Shown here: in pieces, positions 48,830 through 61,840 of the stretch
Position numbering within the stretch: position 1 is the first letter of the stretch
How the letters are laid out: each line of letters starts with the position of its first letter
Assembly: GCF_006345805.1 (NCBI RefSeq)
Contig: NC_042998.1
Span: forward strand, 176,576,001-176,640,000
Reading direction: 5' to 3'
From: Octopus sinensis
Taxonomy: Eukaryota
Length of the DNA: 64,000 nucleotides
Translations under genes and position numbers: made by a program
The notes under the pieces: generated by a model
The model's input: the letters and a program-made list of their open reading frames with translations, nothing else
What the model was told of the DNA's origin: nothing
The model's database searches: none

Positions 48830-49238
48830 TCTTACTCTTTTACTCTTTTACTTGTTTCAGTCATTTGACTGCGGCCATGCTGGAGCACCACCTTTAATCG
48901 AGCAACTCGACACCGGGACTTATTCTTTTGTAAGCCCAGTACTTATTCTATCGGTCCCTTTTGCCGAACCGCTAAGTAACGGGGACATAAACACACCAGC
49001 ATCGGTTGTCAAGCAATGCTAGGGGGACAAACACAGACACACAAACACACACACGCATATATATACATATATACGACGGGCTTCTTTCAGTTTCCGTCTA
49101 CCAAATCCACTCACAAGGCTTTGGTCGGCCCGAGGCTATAGTAGAAGACACTTACCCAAGGTGCCACGCAGTAGGAATGAACCCGGAACCATGTGGTTGG
49201 TAAACAAGCTACTTACCACACAGCCACTCCTGCGCCTA
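48830..49238 (-). mobile_element. Full-length family B CORE-SINE
   Basis: Reverse complement of the 24818-25215 type. Confidence 0.9.
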
Positions 49239-49250
49239 TTTATTTATTTA

Positions 49251-49305
<55 letters not shown>

Positions 49306-49309
<4 letters not shown>

Positions 49310-49534
49310 TTCTTTACTACCCACAAGGGGTTAAACACAGACGGGACAAACAAGGCCAGACAAACGGATTAAGTCGATTACATCGCCCCTAGTGCGTAAC
49401 TGGTACTTTATCGATCCCGAAAGGATGAAAGGCAGAGTCGACCTCGGCGGAATTTGAACCCAGAACGTAACGGCAGACGAAATACGGCTACGCACTTCGC
49501 CCGGCGTGCTAACGTTTCTGTAAGCTCGCCGCCT

Positions 49535-49535
<1 letters not shown>
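49306..49535 (-). mobile_element. Family A SINE between (ATT)n and (TA)n arrays
   Basis: Reverse complement of the 6651-6883 type. Confidence 0.88.
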
Positions 49536-49580
<45 letters not shown>

Positions 49581-49581
49581 A

Positions 49582-49695
<114 letters not shown>

Positions 49696-50066
49696 TTATA
49701 TATATTTTGTTTATTCATTACTGTTTTCAATTTCGTTTTCGTCTCTTGTATCTACATCCGTCTTGTGCGTTCACATTCCTGTCTTCTACCAAGAAATCTA
49801 ATGCTTACAGCTTAGTTTTTCTTGGGGCTGGCCGAGTTGGAGCAAATATCAGAATTGAACAGCCGAAATTTGCTATGATGATTCGGTGTCTGACTGAAGA
49901 TTGAAGGCTTCGAATGATTTGTCTGTGTTCCGTGTTCGTCCCTTCCTGTATTCCACGTTCATTATATATAAAAACATTCATTCTTATATATATATATATA
50001 TATATATATATTAAGTATAGGAAAGGATGGAGCTGAACGAAGATTTAACAAAGTTCCTTTATTTTA

Positions 50067-50150
50067 TTTTCGACATATGCTTCGAAGTCTGCAAAGTCCC
50101 TAATTCCGATTGAATAAGGAGTCCATTTTGCAGCTTTCTCTTCAGGAAAA
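50067..50150 (-). ncRNA. Type I hammerhead-like motif with GAAG in place of GAAA and a long stem II
   Basis: Minus strand reads TTTTC-CTGAAGA-GAAAGCTGCAAAA...CTTTGCAGACTTC-GAAGC-ATAT-GTC-GAAAA. Confidence 0.6.
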
Positions 50151-50198
50151 ATCTTTTGAATTATCCGTAATAAGATAATTCATTTATCTACTTCAATA

Positions 50199-50273
<75 letters not shown>

Positions 50274-51199
50274 TGTACACAGATACACATATACATATTG
50301 CATATGTATATATACACACACACACATGCATATGCATTTATATACATACATACATGTCTAAACACAAGTATATGCATATATGAATATGCGCATGCGTGTA
50401 CGCGCGCACACGTCTTTGTATGAATTTGTGTATATGTGCGAGTATTTTGCGTGTCTGTATATGTAAGAAGGAAGTTGGAGGGGGAAGAATACGAAGGAAA
50501 TGCAGGGAGTTGTAATGAGAAACAAAATGTCATGCACGAAATCAATACATTAAGTCAGAAGTTAGCAGAAATTATCATTAAAATCAAGCAGAAGACAGAA
50601 TCACGTTTATTGGTGTTGTTCTTTGCTTGTATAACAGTACAAATATTTGCTTTTTAGTTTATTCTATTACATTTTTTTCTCTCTTTCGCCTATCTCTTTA
50701 TGAATATATTAAAGAACAGACAAATTAATTGGATATCGGAAATAATCATTAACAAATTGTTTTTATTTTATCGCTGTCTCTAAAGACGAAACATCGACAT
50801 TGGGGTCTTTTGGGTCAGCGTTTGGTTCCATGAAGGAAAATAAGTGTAAGTTTTAGAATTAGGAAGGGTGACTTATATTACATGTAGAAAGGCCCAGAAA
50901 GACTAAAAGTAACCTTTCTACTATACGCATAAAGCATGAAATTTTGGAGGAAGTGGTTAGGTAGGATTACGAGGAGGGGGTGTTCAAAATTTCCTTGTTT
51001 TGGAATGAAAGAAAACACAAGAGGATCGGTTAATTATGCCTTCATTCAACATATTCCCCCTCTCAAATTCTCACACTAATTGAAGCAATCCTTCAGTTTT
51101 TTAAACCCTGTAAAAGAACTTGGAAAGTTGGGCCTCTAACCAGGTCTTTCGCGATACCCTTAAAACCTGAATCTTTTCAGGACCCACTCGTACATCGAC

Positions 51200-51335
51200 T
51201 GGTTATGTATTTTACCGACTTTGAAAGACTGGAAGGTAAAGTCGACCTCAGGGGGAATTTGAACTCAGAACGTAAAGTTAGAAACTGCTAAGTATTTTGT
51301 CCAGCGTGCTAAATAATTCAGCCAACTCGCCGCTT
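51200..51335 (-). mobile_element. Partial, decayed family A SINE
   Basis: AAAGTCGACCTCAGGGGGAATTTGAACTCAGAACG. Confidence 0.65.
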
Positions 51336-53318
51336 TCGGAAAGACTACGGTGTGAATAATAACCGGTAGTGAATAATAAAGTCAGTTGTTATTGTTGAAG
51401 AAGCAAAGAGACGGTCGTCATGTGGTTTTGAGTACGAAATGACAATTCTGATGATTTTTCTTCATGAACGTAATCTAAGACGACACAGTTTTGCAAGTGA
51501 GAACCATATTGCATTGCAACGTCTTCCTTTGTTTTTATAGAGAGTCGATAATTGTTTGTAGATAAAATACTCTCGGCTCTGAAGAGAAAAATGATTATTT
51601 CCTGATTTTGAGTAGCGAAAATGAGACGAAAAGTTGAAAGGAAGAAAACAAATAGTAAAATAATAACAAAACTATTGATATTGGCTTGAGTTATGATCTA
51701 AATTCTATATTGTTTGCCTATTTTCCAACTTACTTATTACTTAATAAAATCTGGACATTGTGTCGCCTTTTCAAAATGTGTCTAGATTTGCTACATAGGA
51801 GACTACAAACAGCCGCTTTGAACAAATCCTTCAGTGAAGATATGACAATTTAGTCTTCTCCAACAATGCTAAGACACAATACCCATACTTATCAAAGAAA
51901 ACATATCACGTTACTTTACTTAACAACGCACAATTAATTAACAACACATAGAATTCTAAAACCCATTAGATATGTTCGGCCTTACATTCTCTGATGAATT
52001 TTCATGGACAGTACCTCATCTATAACAGCCTCCCAAAAACAGTATCTCAAGCACTAGGTTTTCTCTTGAATCCCCGAAAAATATTTCAGCTCTGATTACG
52101 GTGTTACACAACGACCATATAATCGTGGTTTCCATTCCCGAATTAGCTTTGCGCTGCGTTCTTAAGCAAACCCCACCCCTTTTTTTTTCTTTCACATTTC
52201 TCCAGTCAAATAAGCTGTGTGTTCCATCAATAGCTGCGAAGTTAACTTCCTTAATAGGGTGTGTTGTAATTTCAGTCACTTACATGCTATGAAAACCAGG
52301 TTGAAATACAATCTTATGGGACTTAGGCCTCGTGACAAACCTAACTCATTGGTTGCCGACACTTTACAAAGAGCAACAAAGGAGGTACGATGTTAACACC
52401 TACCACATAAACTTTACCAGTTCGGTAGAACCGCTAAAGGTACAGGGAGCTACTTATTTTCCTGGGAGTAAACAAGTGGTTGGCAAACATGGTCTATATA
52501 GCCCCTGAGGGTTCACATAAGATTTTAAGAGGTCCATGCAAGCAAAATAGAAAAGTAGGGATTCTCAGTAGTATCCCTAAGGGCTCATGAATAAAGTTTA
52601 CTTTAGATGTATTTATTGCAAATAATGACTCGGTTTCTTTCTCTGAAACTTTACATAGTCCAACATGTTTCCAACCACTGAAACATGTTGTCTCAGAGAG
52701 TGTTATTGCAAACCCACACAAGTGAATGAGTGGAAAATAAAATGGGAATTTTGAAAAAAGTATCTATAAAGCTACTTATTTTAATAAGCCAAATGGCTAT
52801 GGGGGTCCACCAGAATAAAACAGAGATCAAAGGGATCCGTAAGTAAAATATTTTTTAAAACGGTTGAGAACCAATGGCCTAAACAATATAAAATCAATAC
52901 ATACGATTGCAGCGAATGCTTGGCTACTACAGATAAGAACACGTAAGCAAAATGATGCAAAAGATTACAGAAAAAACCAAATTTATGTGGATTACATATT
53001 CAGTTGAGGATTTATATTTTAACACTAGAAAACAATTATACATAACATACGGCTTATCAGTTAATCTCTTGCTAGATCGAAAACGGTATATTTGGAGGAC
53101 AACTGTCTCCAAACCACATGACATTCTTTACTGGGTCGAGCAAATAATAGACACATAAATGCCATTTCCATACTACTCCTATCTCTATACCTACTGCCAT
53201 TTTTTATCTCGCACTTTCACTCTTTCATACATGTTTGCAAACACACACACAACGCATATACATATATATTTAGAGCGTGTATATATATGAACACACACAT
53301 ACTTATACACACACACAA

Positions 53319-53356
<38 letters not shown>

Positions 53357-54304
53357 TATATATATATATATATATATACATATTTTTCATTTATATATTT
53401 ATTCATTTTTTTCTCCGACCCTTTTGATCAGAACTTTCCTTTTTTCTGTTGTTTTTTTTCCCCTTTTTCTTTTTCATTTTCGAAAAGAAAAGCTCTACTT
53501 TTGTATTTGTCTCTTCTGTGTTCAGCCCTGTGTGGCCAATAAAGAAGGTTGTATATTTATATAAATATCAATGAAATTCCAACTTAGTCTGATTTTCACA
53601 TTTTATCCTTTACAATTTTTTTGCAATTTTGCTGGCTGCTGGAGCCTACCGGCGAGTATTTAAAGGGGAAATTTGGCAGGATGGTCATTCGCCCGCTAAC
53701 ATTCGTTCATGTTGCATCAAAGAAACAAAAGAACAAAAGAAAAAAGGAGAAAGAAGAAACGCACTCAACACCAGAGCTGAAGACACCTCCGAAAGCGGGA
53801 CCCCGCCACATCGAAAACGGTAGAGGAGTAGGGGCCGAAACGGGACGTGGTTCTTCCTGATGATGTCTTTAGCCCCTGGATCTTATAAAGGAGCTGCAGA
53901 GGTAGCGAACTATGAAACGTGGTTGGAATTCCTCAGATACTGAGTGCAGGGAAAGACTTGCTGACCATGAAGAAAGCGGAATGACAAAGCAGAGAGACGC
54001 TTGCCAGCATGACAATGTAACTAACGAAGGATCATATGGGCTTGCAGCCCGATCTGAAGTAAAGTTGCCACAAATAAGCATGATGAACCATACCCCATTG
54101 ATCCCGGAGCACGATGGGGTGGGTGGGGGAGAATAAAAGATCAAACAGGAACAGAAAAAGGAATGGACCCGGACCGGAAATGGACAAGGAGAAAGGAAGT
54201 GGTAAAGGAAAGGTAGCTGAGGAATTCAGCTGCTGCGGAAAGCTGTTTTCTGGTAACATCAGGCTTAGAATTCACCAAGGGAAGGTGTATCAGAAGAAAG
54301 TGAT

Positions 54305-54412
54305 TTACGGTACTAGGCTTACAAAGAATAAGTCCTGGGATCGATTTGCTCGACTAAAGGCGGTGCTCCAGCATGGCCACAGTCACATGACTGAAACAAG
54401 TAAAAGAGTATA
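54305..54412 (+). mobile_element. Family B SINE 3' tail
   Basis: AGTCCTGGGATCGATTTGCTCGACTAAAGGCGGTGCTCCAGCATGGCC... Confidence 0.75.
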
Positions 54413-54644
54413 AAAATATGATTGCTTCATTGGTTTGTGTACTTATGTACACTAAACATACACTGAATAAAGAACTCAAAACTGATCATAGAACTAATAT
54501 AATATTGATTATTTATAGTGACTGCTTGCTTCAAAGTTTCGCCCATATTGGCTTCCCAGTCCGGTGTAGGCTAAGATTAAATGTTCCGTATATAGTATGG
54601 TTATATAAGGTGTCGGGAAGTAGATTATGCAATGTCTTGTTTTG

Positions 54645-55142
54645 CTATAATCCGCATTTTTTCCCATAATTTAAAGGTCAAAATCCCTAGTGCCGACTAT
54701 ATACGAGGTTAAAATGAAAATTATTTTCTAAGCAATGTCCAAGTCTCTATTTGCTGTCTGGCCATGTTTATTCAGATGCATTTTGTGATGTCGGGCATGA
54801 AAATACCTTAAGCTAAGCCTGAAAGCGATGAAGTCACAAAAGAATCGTCCATAACTTGCAGTAAGCAACATCTATTAGACGTTATTACTGTTATTTCTTT
54901 ATTTTCTGCAAACAAAATACACAAAAGAGCTATACGTTTGCATTATGTTACATATACAATAATAATAAAGGACGTTGCCGTATACAGTTTTACAAACCAA
55001 GGACGTTATATAGACCTCCTTGATTCAAGTTAAAGAAGGGGTGCGTATTATACACAAGGTTTGGGTTTTTCAGAGGTACAGCCACCTAAAAATCCCCTGC
55101 GTATAATACTCAAGGGCGGACTATACTCGAGGATTTACCTTA
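54645..55142. mobile_element. Possible pogo/Tigger-like non-autonomous DNA element
   Basis: Right end GCGGACTATACTCGAGGATTTAC and decayed left end CTATAATCCGCA resemble pogo-type TIRs. Confidence 0.35.
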
Positions 55143-55289
55143 TTTAATATGCTTAGCTATCGTGATAATATTCTATTGCATTACATGTTAAGGTGGATTT
55201 CATTAACACCACAACGATATTTAGTACAGCTCTGGATATGTTATTAGAAAAAAAAACATGTTTTCATGAATATATAAAACTACATGGAA

Positions 55290-55720
55290 ATATGTGGCCA
55301 TGCTTCAGTCATTGGATTGCGGTCATACCGGTCATACTGGTTAAAAGGTTTAGTCGAACAAATCACATCCAGTGAGTTTTTTTTTAATTTTGGTACTTAT
55401 TCTATCAGTCTATTTCGCCGTAGCGCTGAGTTACAGGAGCATAAGCAAACCAATACCGATTGTCAAGCTTTGTGGTGGAAGAGGATGGAGCATAAACGCA
55501 AAGAATCGCACGCGTGTACACACACACATACACACATACACATACGCATTTGACGAGCTTCCACACAGTTTCTGTCAACTAAATTTACTCACAAGGTTTC
55601 AGTCGGTCCGGAGCTATACAAGACACTTAACCGAAGTGCCGTGCAGTGGAACTGAACTTGAAAAATACATGGTTGCAAAATGACCTTCCTAAACACATAG
55701 TCATGCCTGCACCAATATAT
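55290..55720 (-). mobile_element. Decayed family B SINE
   Basis: Reverse-complement similarity to family B head and tail. Confidence 0.65.
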
Positions 55721-56177
55721 GAATACTTAAATATCCGTTTATAGATTAATATCCATATTCATTCAGAAAATTTCTTTTCGCGTATACAGGCATATAAATA
55801 TAAAGAATAAAGACAGTGAAATACATAGGAAAAAAGAGAGTACCAATCAGAGAAAACAGAAACTAAGAGAGGGTATACTGAGTATTAAAGTGGGAGAGAA
55901 GAAAGATGAGAAAAGCTTTACAAAATGGAGTTAATCTAATTTTTATATATTTTTTAATTGATGTCGTTAATGCAAACAACAGAACGTTACAAACGATTAA
56001 TTAATTATTAATATAGACAATAATTAATTAATTAATAACATGATGTCACGTTTACAAACACCAGTCTAATTTTTATACAGATCATGATAGGTCGAGATAC
56101 TGTCCTATATACTATATTTATTGCGAACATAAAAGCTTGCACACATACACCGACCCGTGGAGATGTATATCTGTGCG

Positions 56178-56229
<52 letters not shown>

Positions 56230-57060
56230 TAAATATAGTTGTGGAGCTGTTAGAAGAGTTGTTACAATAGAACAGAATACAGTGTATCGTAGAAATAAGA
56301 GAGCAAGGTGTGCAGATAGTCTCTTACTACTGTTTTCAGAAAAGAGGCACATTAGAGGCATGCGGTGCCTTTCTCAGAACCATTCCATACATTAGCGGAC
56401 TATGCCATCTTCAGAGAAGAGAGGATTGAGGTAGATCATAAGGAGACTTTTTGGGAAGTTAGCATTTATTGTATATACCGCAACTCTAACACTGTTTTTA
56501 TATTTTTCTTCATTAGTGGAGGCTCTAAGTCTTAGTAGTTCGATCTCTGATTTTAGATGGAATAGTGCTAACCTTTCCCTAAAAGTCCTCTGTCCGTCAG
56601 GTTCATTTGGTATTGTTTTGATTTGGAATTTGCGTGGAAGAATGATTGCTGTTGAGTTCATCCATCCCTCGTAGATATCTGCTTTGCTGGAATTTTTTTA
56701 TCATATTCCAGAAAGCTAGTTTTCTATTATTGAGGTTTGTATTCCAGACATTCTCTATTTTTCTTTTTGTTAGATTGACTTGTGTAAGTATGAAGTCCTG
56801 GTGTGTTTCCTTTGGTGTGCGTTGGTCGTTGTTCGGTTTGTTTGTGAATACCAACTTTAGTGTAGTGTATATAGTATTTAAATCTTTACTAATTTGTTCT
56901 TGTTTTAAAATGAATTCGTTTAAAGTGTCGTGGAGAAAGGGGTTGTTGTTCATTGTTGGGTTTGTTAATGAACATTGAGTTGAGGGTTGTGTACAAAAGT
57001 TATGTCATTACTAACCTGATCAGTGTAGTGAGTTGTTTCTTCACTGTTTTTCCTCTCCCG
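56230..57060 (-). mobile_element. Putative PLE N-terminal ORF region, inverted relative to the adjacent RT-EN part
   Basis: Overlapping frameshifted minus ORFs 56603..56953 and 56392..56661 (..LALFHLKSEIELLRLR..), Asn/Lys/Thr-rich as in PLE N-termini, directly abutting a PLE RT fragment. Confidence 0.45.
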
Positions 57061-57139
57061 GGCGAATAGGTTTGAGTCCTCGATTTTGTTATTTAAGGTA
57101 ATGAGGTGTGAGGTATTAATCTTCTAGAAATAATAATAT

Positions 57140-58230
57140 ACCAGGAATCTTTATCTACCTTTGGAAACCCCTTTCAGAATACATAAAAGAAAAATGGAAA
57201 AGATTCCTAGACAACTGTTTCATACCCTGAACTGAAAGCACAGGAAAACTCCTGAAACTTAAACGACTATTGAATAGCGTCAACCCAAACATACACTTCA
57301 CAATGGAGTACAACCAAAAGGAACTCCCATTCTTGGATATACTAATTAAAAAATAAACTTAAAAATAAAAACGGACATATTTTACAAAACCACTGACGCC
57401 AAACAATATCTACTATTTAATTCATGCCACCGATGACACACCAAAACAAACATCCCCTTCAACCTTGCAAGAAGGATATGCACAATAGTGTCACAAAAAA
57501 TGCCAGAGACTTTAGACTGCAAGAAACTTAAAAACATCCTAATTGACAGACACTACCCAGTTCAACTCATAAAGGATGGAATCAGACGTGCATCACAAAT
57601 CGACATAGAAACTTTAAGAAAAGTTCAACACAGCAACACACCTCCGAAAATACTGCCGTACATATCCACATACAACCCCAGAAACAAAGAAGCCTTCAAC
57701 ATCATCACCCAGAATTTGCCAATGCTACATAAGGACCCCAAATTAAAGGAAATTTTACACACACAAAAGATCATTAAAAGCCACAAACAACCGAAACCAC
57801 TAAAAAAGATCCTCACAAAGGCAAAATTATTTTCTAAAATAACGGACGCAAAAGTGAAAAAATGTGGTCGACCAAATTGCGCAAAATGCCCAAACCTTCT
57901 AGAATGATCAGAATTCCTTTTCGAAGAGGGACAAAAATTCAAAATCAAATCTGACTTTATTTGTGCTGCCACCAAAACTACATAGGGTCCACGGGATTAT
58001 CACTCAGACGCAGATTCACTCTGCACAGACAGCAGATTGCATTCCCAGAATACAGAATGATACCCTTTAGTGAACATATTGAGAAATGCGCAAAGCAACT
58101 GCTACCACAATATGTAATCTTTCCATTTTAACACTGCCATTGGAATACCAACACAAGTTAAATTAAATAAGGAAACCTACTTCATTGAAAAACATAAGCC
58201 AAAACTTAACCATTTCTAACATTTTTAAAT
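57140..58230 (+). mobile_element. Penelope-like element 3' part: RT thumb plus GIY-YIG endonuclease, pseudogenised
   Basis: NSVNPNIHFTMEYNQKELPFLDILI...TDIFYKTTDAKQYLLFNSCH...NIPFNLARRI..., KCGRPNCAKC and RFTLHRQQI...PFSEHI. Confidence 0.88.
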
Positions 58231-58369
58231 AAGAAAACTTACCTCATTGAGAAAAATATAAAGCAAAACCTAACTACTTGTAACATTCTATTCTGTTTAA
58301 ACCAAATCCTGTTAAATGAATAAAGCCTAATCATTCCCAACATTTTGATTATCTCCCTTATATATAAGG

Positions 58370-58966
58370 TTGGCAACTAAGTTCCCGCCGTTTTTTTAAA
58401 TTTTGGAATTTATTGCGTTTTTAAAGTTTGGAATCTATTTTTTTTTTCGAGAATTCTATTTTTCAGTCATTTTGGAATCTATTTTATTTTTCTAATTAAT
58501 TTTAGTTAATTTTTGTTTATTTTCAGATCATTAAAATGGAATGTCAAGTTAAGAAAGACGAACACTTTCCACACCTCCTTCTTTTTGATTTTAATCTAGC
58601 TTCTAACACCGCACAGCTGCTCGCGACATTTTTGCTGTGTATGGAGAGGGTGCCATAGCTGAAAGAACCGCTCGTGATTGGTATGCCCAGTTCAAAAATG
58701 GAAATTTTGACATTAAAGACGCACTTAGATCTGTCCGTCCAGTTGAGTTCGATGAAGAACGATTAAACCAACTTTTGCACGAAAATTCTCATCAAACAAC
58801 AAGAAAACTGGTAGAGAAAATGGAATGCTCCCACACTGCTATAGAGAAGCATCTTCATTCGGTGGGAAAGTTTCAGATGTATGGAGCATGGGTTCCGCAT
58901 GCTTTAAATGACAACAACAAAATCAACGAGCCACAATATCCGCTGGTTTGCTTGCTTCGTGTTTAA
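58370..58966 (+). mobile_element. Mariner 5' fragment (HTH)
   Basis: ORF 58637..58966 MYGEGAIAERTARDWYAQFKNGNFDIKD..RPVEFDEERL...GAWVPHAL. Confidence 0.85.
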
Positions 58967-59147
58967 CAGTTGGAAGAAGGGAGTCTAGGTCAAATGCTTC
59001 TTTTGGCTGTCTTCACACATATACTCGGCCGATGGTCGGAAATAAGGTAAAGAATAACTCGTCCGAGAAAATAACATTCTTTCACTGCTCTAGAGACCAA
59101 TTCTGTAGGTTTTTACTCCACTCTAAACGTTTTGCAACGTTTGTTTT

Positions 59148-59727
59148 TTAAAGTAGTAGTTTTCTGATTGCAACCCTCCCGTGATACACGGCTTTGTACA
59201 GCTCCCGGCCTACAGTTTTTGTGGAAACTGGTTTCTCGAGGTGGTTATTAATCTCTGTAGTAATTTTGAAAGCTGTACTTTTGTGATCCTTTCTAACAAT
59301 TCGCGTAAGAGTCCGACTGTCTCTATCTGAGAGATTTGGTTTTCTTCTGGGTCTTTGTTTCGACGAGGAGGTTTTTCCCTCTTTCTCAAAGGCTGTCATT
59401 ACTTTCAAGACTGTATTTCTCGATACACCAAACATTTCGGGTTTGGATACACCAAACATTTCGGTTTTCGTTACACTAGCGTCTAGCATACGAGCATCAG
59501 TAATTTGACCTCTTTGAAAGTCTGATAGATCTGTCATTTTAATGAGTTTTAAATACCTTTTTTGATGATATCTGAAAAGAAACAACAATTTTAGCATAAC
59601 ATATTAAGCAACACTTATAATAAATCAAAAAACATAAAAATAAACAAGCTTTTGGCGGTTTTATAGATATTTCAAAAACATGATGCTATGATGCTAGGTA
59701 TTTCCATTATTTTGTCCAACCCCTGTA
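59148..59727 (-). mobile_element. Tc1-like 5' fragment
   Basis: ORF 59148..59597 MTDLSDFQRGQI...SDRDSRTLTRIVRKD...VSTKTVGREL. The TIR reads TA|CAGGGGTTGGACAAAATAATGG on the minus strand. Confidence 0.88.
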
Positions 59728-59746
59728 TATGTGCATATATATATAC

Positions 59747-59831
<85 letters not shown>

Positions 59832-60531
59832 GACTCTGTGTGTGTGTGTGTAACTGGTAGAAATTGAACATCATGTGATCGGTTTCAATGAAACTTAGTC
59901 CAACAGACGTTAGCAACTGTTCTTCATTGACATAATTACATTCAGTTGAATAGAATTGAAATTGATGGAGAGACATTTTTTTTCTTCTTTGTTTCATATT
60001 TAAATTGTTCTAGTGAACAACTGCCACTCCCTCAGCAATTTTAATTCAAAACTGATGTAGATTTTCGTCATTGTTTCCAATTGAAATGCAAGAGTAATCA
60101 TTAATTTGGACATTAATCTGTAAGTGTTCCATTGATCTGATTGAAGTCTGCTGTATTTTCTTACAAAAATCAACTTATAAGATTTGCTGATGGAGAAGAA
60201 AACAAAGCGCGTGTATATTTTATTATAAATTATAAAAAAAAAAAGAAGGAAGGAAAACTGCGTTAATTTACAAAGTGCTGAGGAACGAATCTCCAACTTT
60301 AAAAGTTTGTGTGTAAACTTAATTAAAAGTGTAAAGTTTCAGAATATGTCTATGTCCGTACGTAGGAAGCTGGAAAGACAGGGTAACAGACACTGGAAGT
60401 TCAAAGACACCTACTGTCGGGAATTAAGTTCACAAAGCTATTATATTTTGAACTTATGATGCTCCACGAATCCTTGATTAAAAAAAACCCTGACAGGAAG
60501 TATGGAGGAGAAAAGAGCAAGATGTCGTCTG

Positions 60532-61035
60532 TCAAAGACGTTTGTGGACTGACGATATCAAAGAAAGGACTAGAAACAAGAGTCCAGATGATTGTCTGAA
60601 TGTAGCATAATACAGAGGGAACTGGAGAGTCTTCATAAGCCGATTCTTGGTCACAGACAGGGCTTGATGGCTGACGAGGTCCTTAGGTAAATTCCAGACG
60701 AATAAATACTGATGATATCTACTGAGATGCCAGCCTAGATGTTTGGAAGCTTTGCGTTTTACAATTTTGTGACAAATCTCTCCAAGAGAAAAGCAATCCA
60801 ATCTTCTTCCGAAGTCGATATATGATGTCGTAGGACAATCAAATGAATGTTCGTTGAAGTTTGTTCCTAGCCAAAAGAAATCATTAGTAACAAGTGGTAG
60901 GATGGCGAAGTGGCAAGCCTTTAAAGTGCTGAACAAAATTGCGTGTGCTATTTTGTTACATTTATGCAATTTTAAGTTGAAATCCAGCTGAGATCGACAT
61001 TCCCTTTCGCCTCTTGATTCCATTAAAAAGAGCAC
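60532..61035 (-). CDS. Non-repetitive 167-codon ORF with weak LRR-like periodicity (unassigned)
   Basis: Open for about 500 nt in AT-rich DNA, with LKLHKCNKI and CPTTSYIDFG words. A PLE RT origin cannot be excluded. Confidence 0.3.
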   Translation of the reverse strand: MLFLMESRGERECRSQLDFNLKLHKCNKIAHAILFSTLKACHFAILPLVTNDFFWLGTNFNEHSFDCPTTSYIDFGRRLDCFSLGEICHKIVKRKASKHLGWHLSRYHQYLFVWNLPKDLVSHQALSVTKNRLMKTLQFPLYYATFRQSSGLLFLVLSLISSVHKRL

Positions 61036-61625
61036 CAGTCAAAATACTGGGATCGACTTAGGGGAACCTTTACCCTAAATTTTGCCCCCTTTCTATTTTG
61101 TACCTATTATTGTCTGCATATTTCTTATTATAGATGGACAGAATCATTAGAGCGTCGACCAAAATGCCATTCGGTATTTTTCCTGGCTCTTCACGTCTCA
61201 GTTCAAATCCCGTCAAGATCCAGGGCCTTTATTTAAAGTGCCAGTTAAGTGCTGGGGCTAATGAAAACGATTAACTCTGTCTTTCAAAATGCTGTTCCTT
61301 GTACCTTAGCTAGAAAGTATTAGTTTTCTACATTTTTGGCAAATGTCGCAAACTAGAAATATATGTCAGGCATGTCTGTTAGTCCATGAGCTGGTTTCGA
61401 TTTTCTATGGAAAATTACACTCTGTTCCTTGTCATCAACGGCAAAGAAGAAAACCATGACCTCTCATATTCCAATTTGTTTTCTTCTTATTGCTCAAATA
61501 TCTTTCTGTTTCTATGTAAGTACCAATCATAATTGATTTTTGTCGTAATTATTAGTTGTCTTCAGGCTGACGAAAATGACGAAAGCAAGCAGTACCTTTT
61601 ACGACAGCTACCTCAAATATCTTAC

Positions 61626-61840
61626 TCTTTTAAAAGTCCGAAACTGTCTATGGTCAATGAAACATCTATTTGTAATAAATTAAAGTCGTACGTTGTGTTA
61701 TAGTATATAATTTCTTCCCTTGCAAATACTGAATTCAGAACTAGTTTCCTTGCTCTAAGATAATAATGTAGATAAATAAGTATTTGCTCCGATGTTAGAG
61801 CTGAGTCGCCAGAAAAATCAATATGTTGGAGTCGAGTCAA
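61626..61840 (-). CDS. Candidate exon, LRR-like (LQHIDFSGDSALTSEQIL)
   Basis: Open frame with a possible GA|GTAAGA donor near 61625 on the minus strand. Confidence 0.25.

Noticed and set aside
51579-51602. CTGAAGA followed by a hairpin
   Set aside because: No GAAA after the hairpin.
52016-52279. 87-codon minus-strand ORF
   Set aside because: No recognisable domain or reliable splice borders.
53826-53945. GAAAC...CTGATGA...GAAAC cluster
   Set aside because: No consistent set of three stems in type I, II or III topology.
57005-57065. Possible terminal ribozyme of the PLE at 56-58 kb
   Set aside because: CTGATCAG and GAAAC are present but not in a valid order or pairing.
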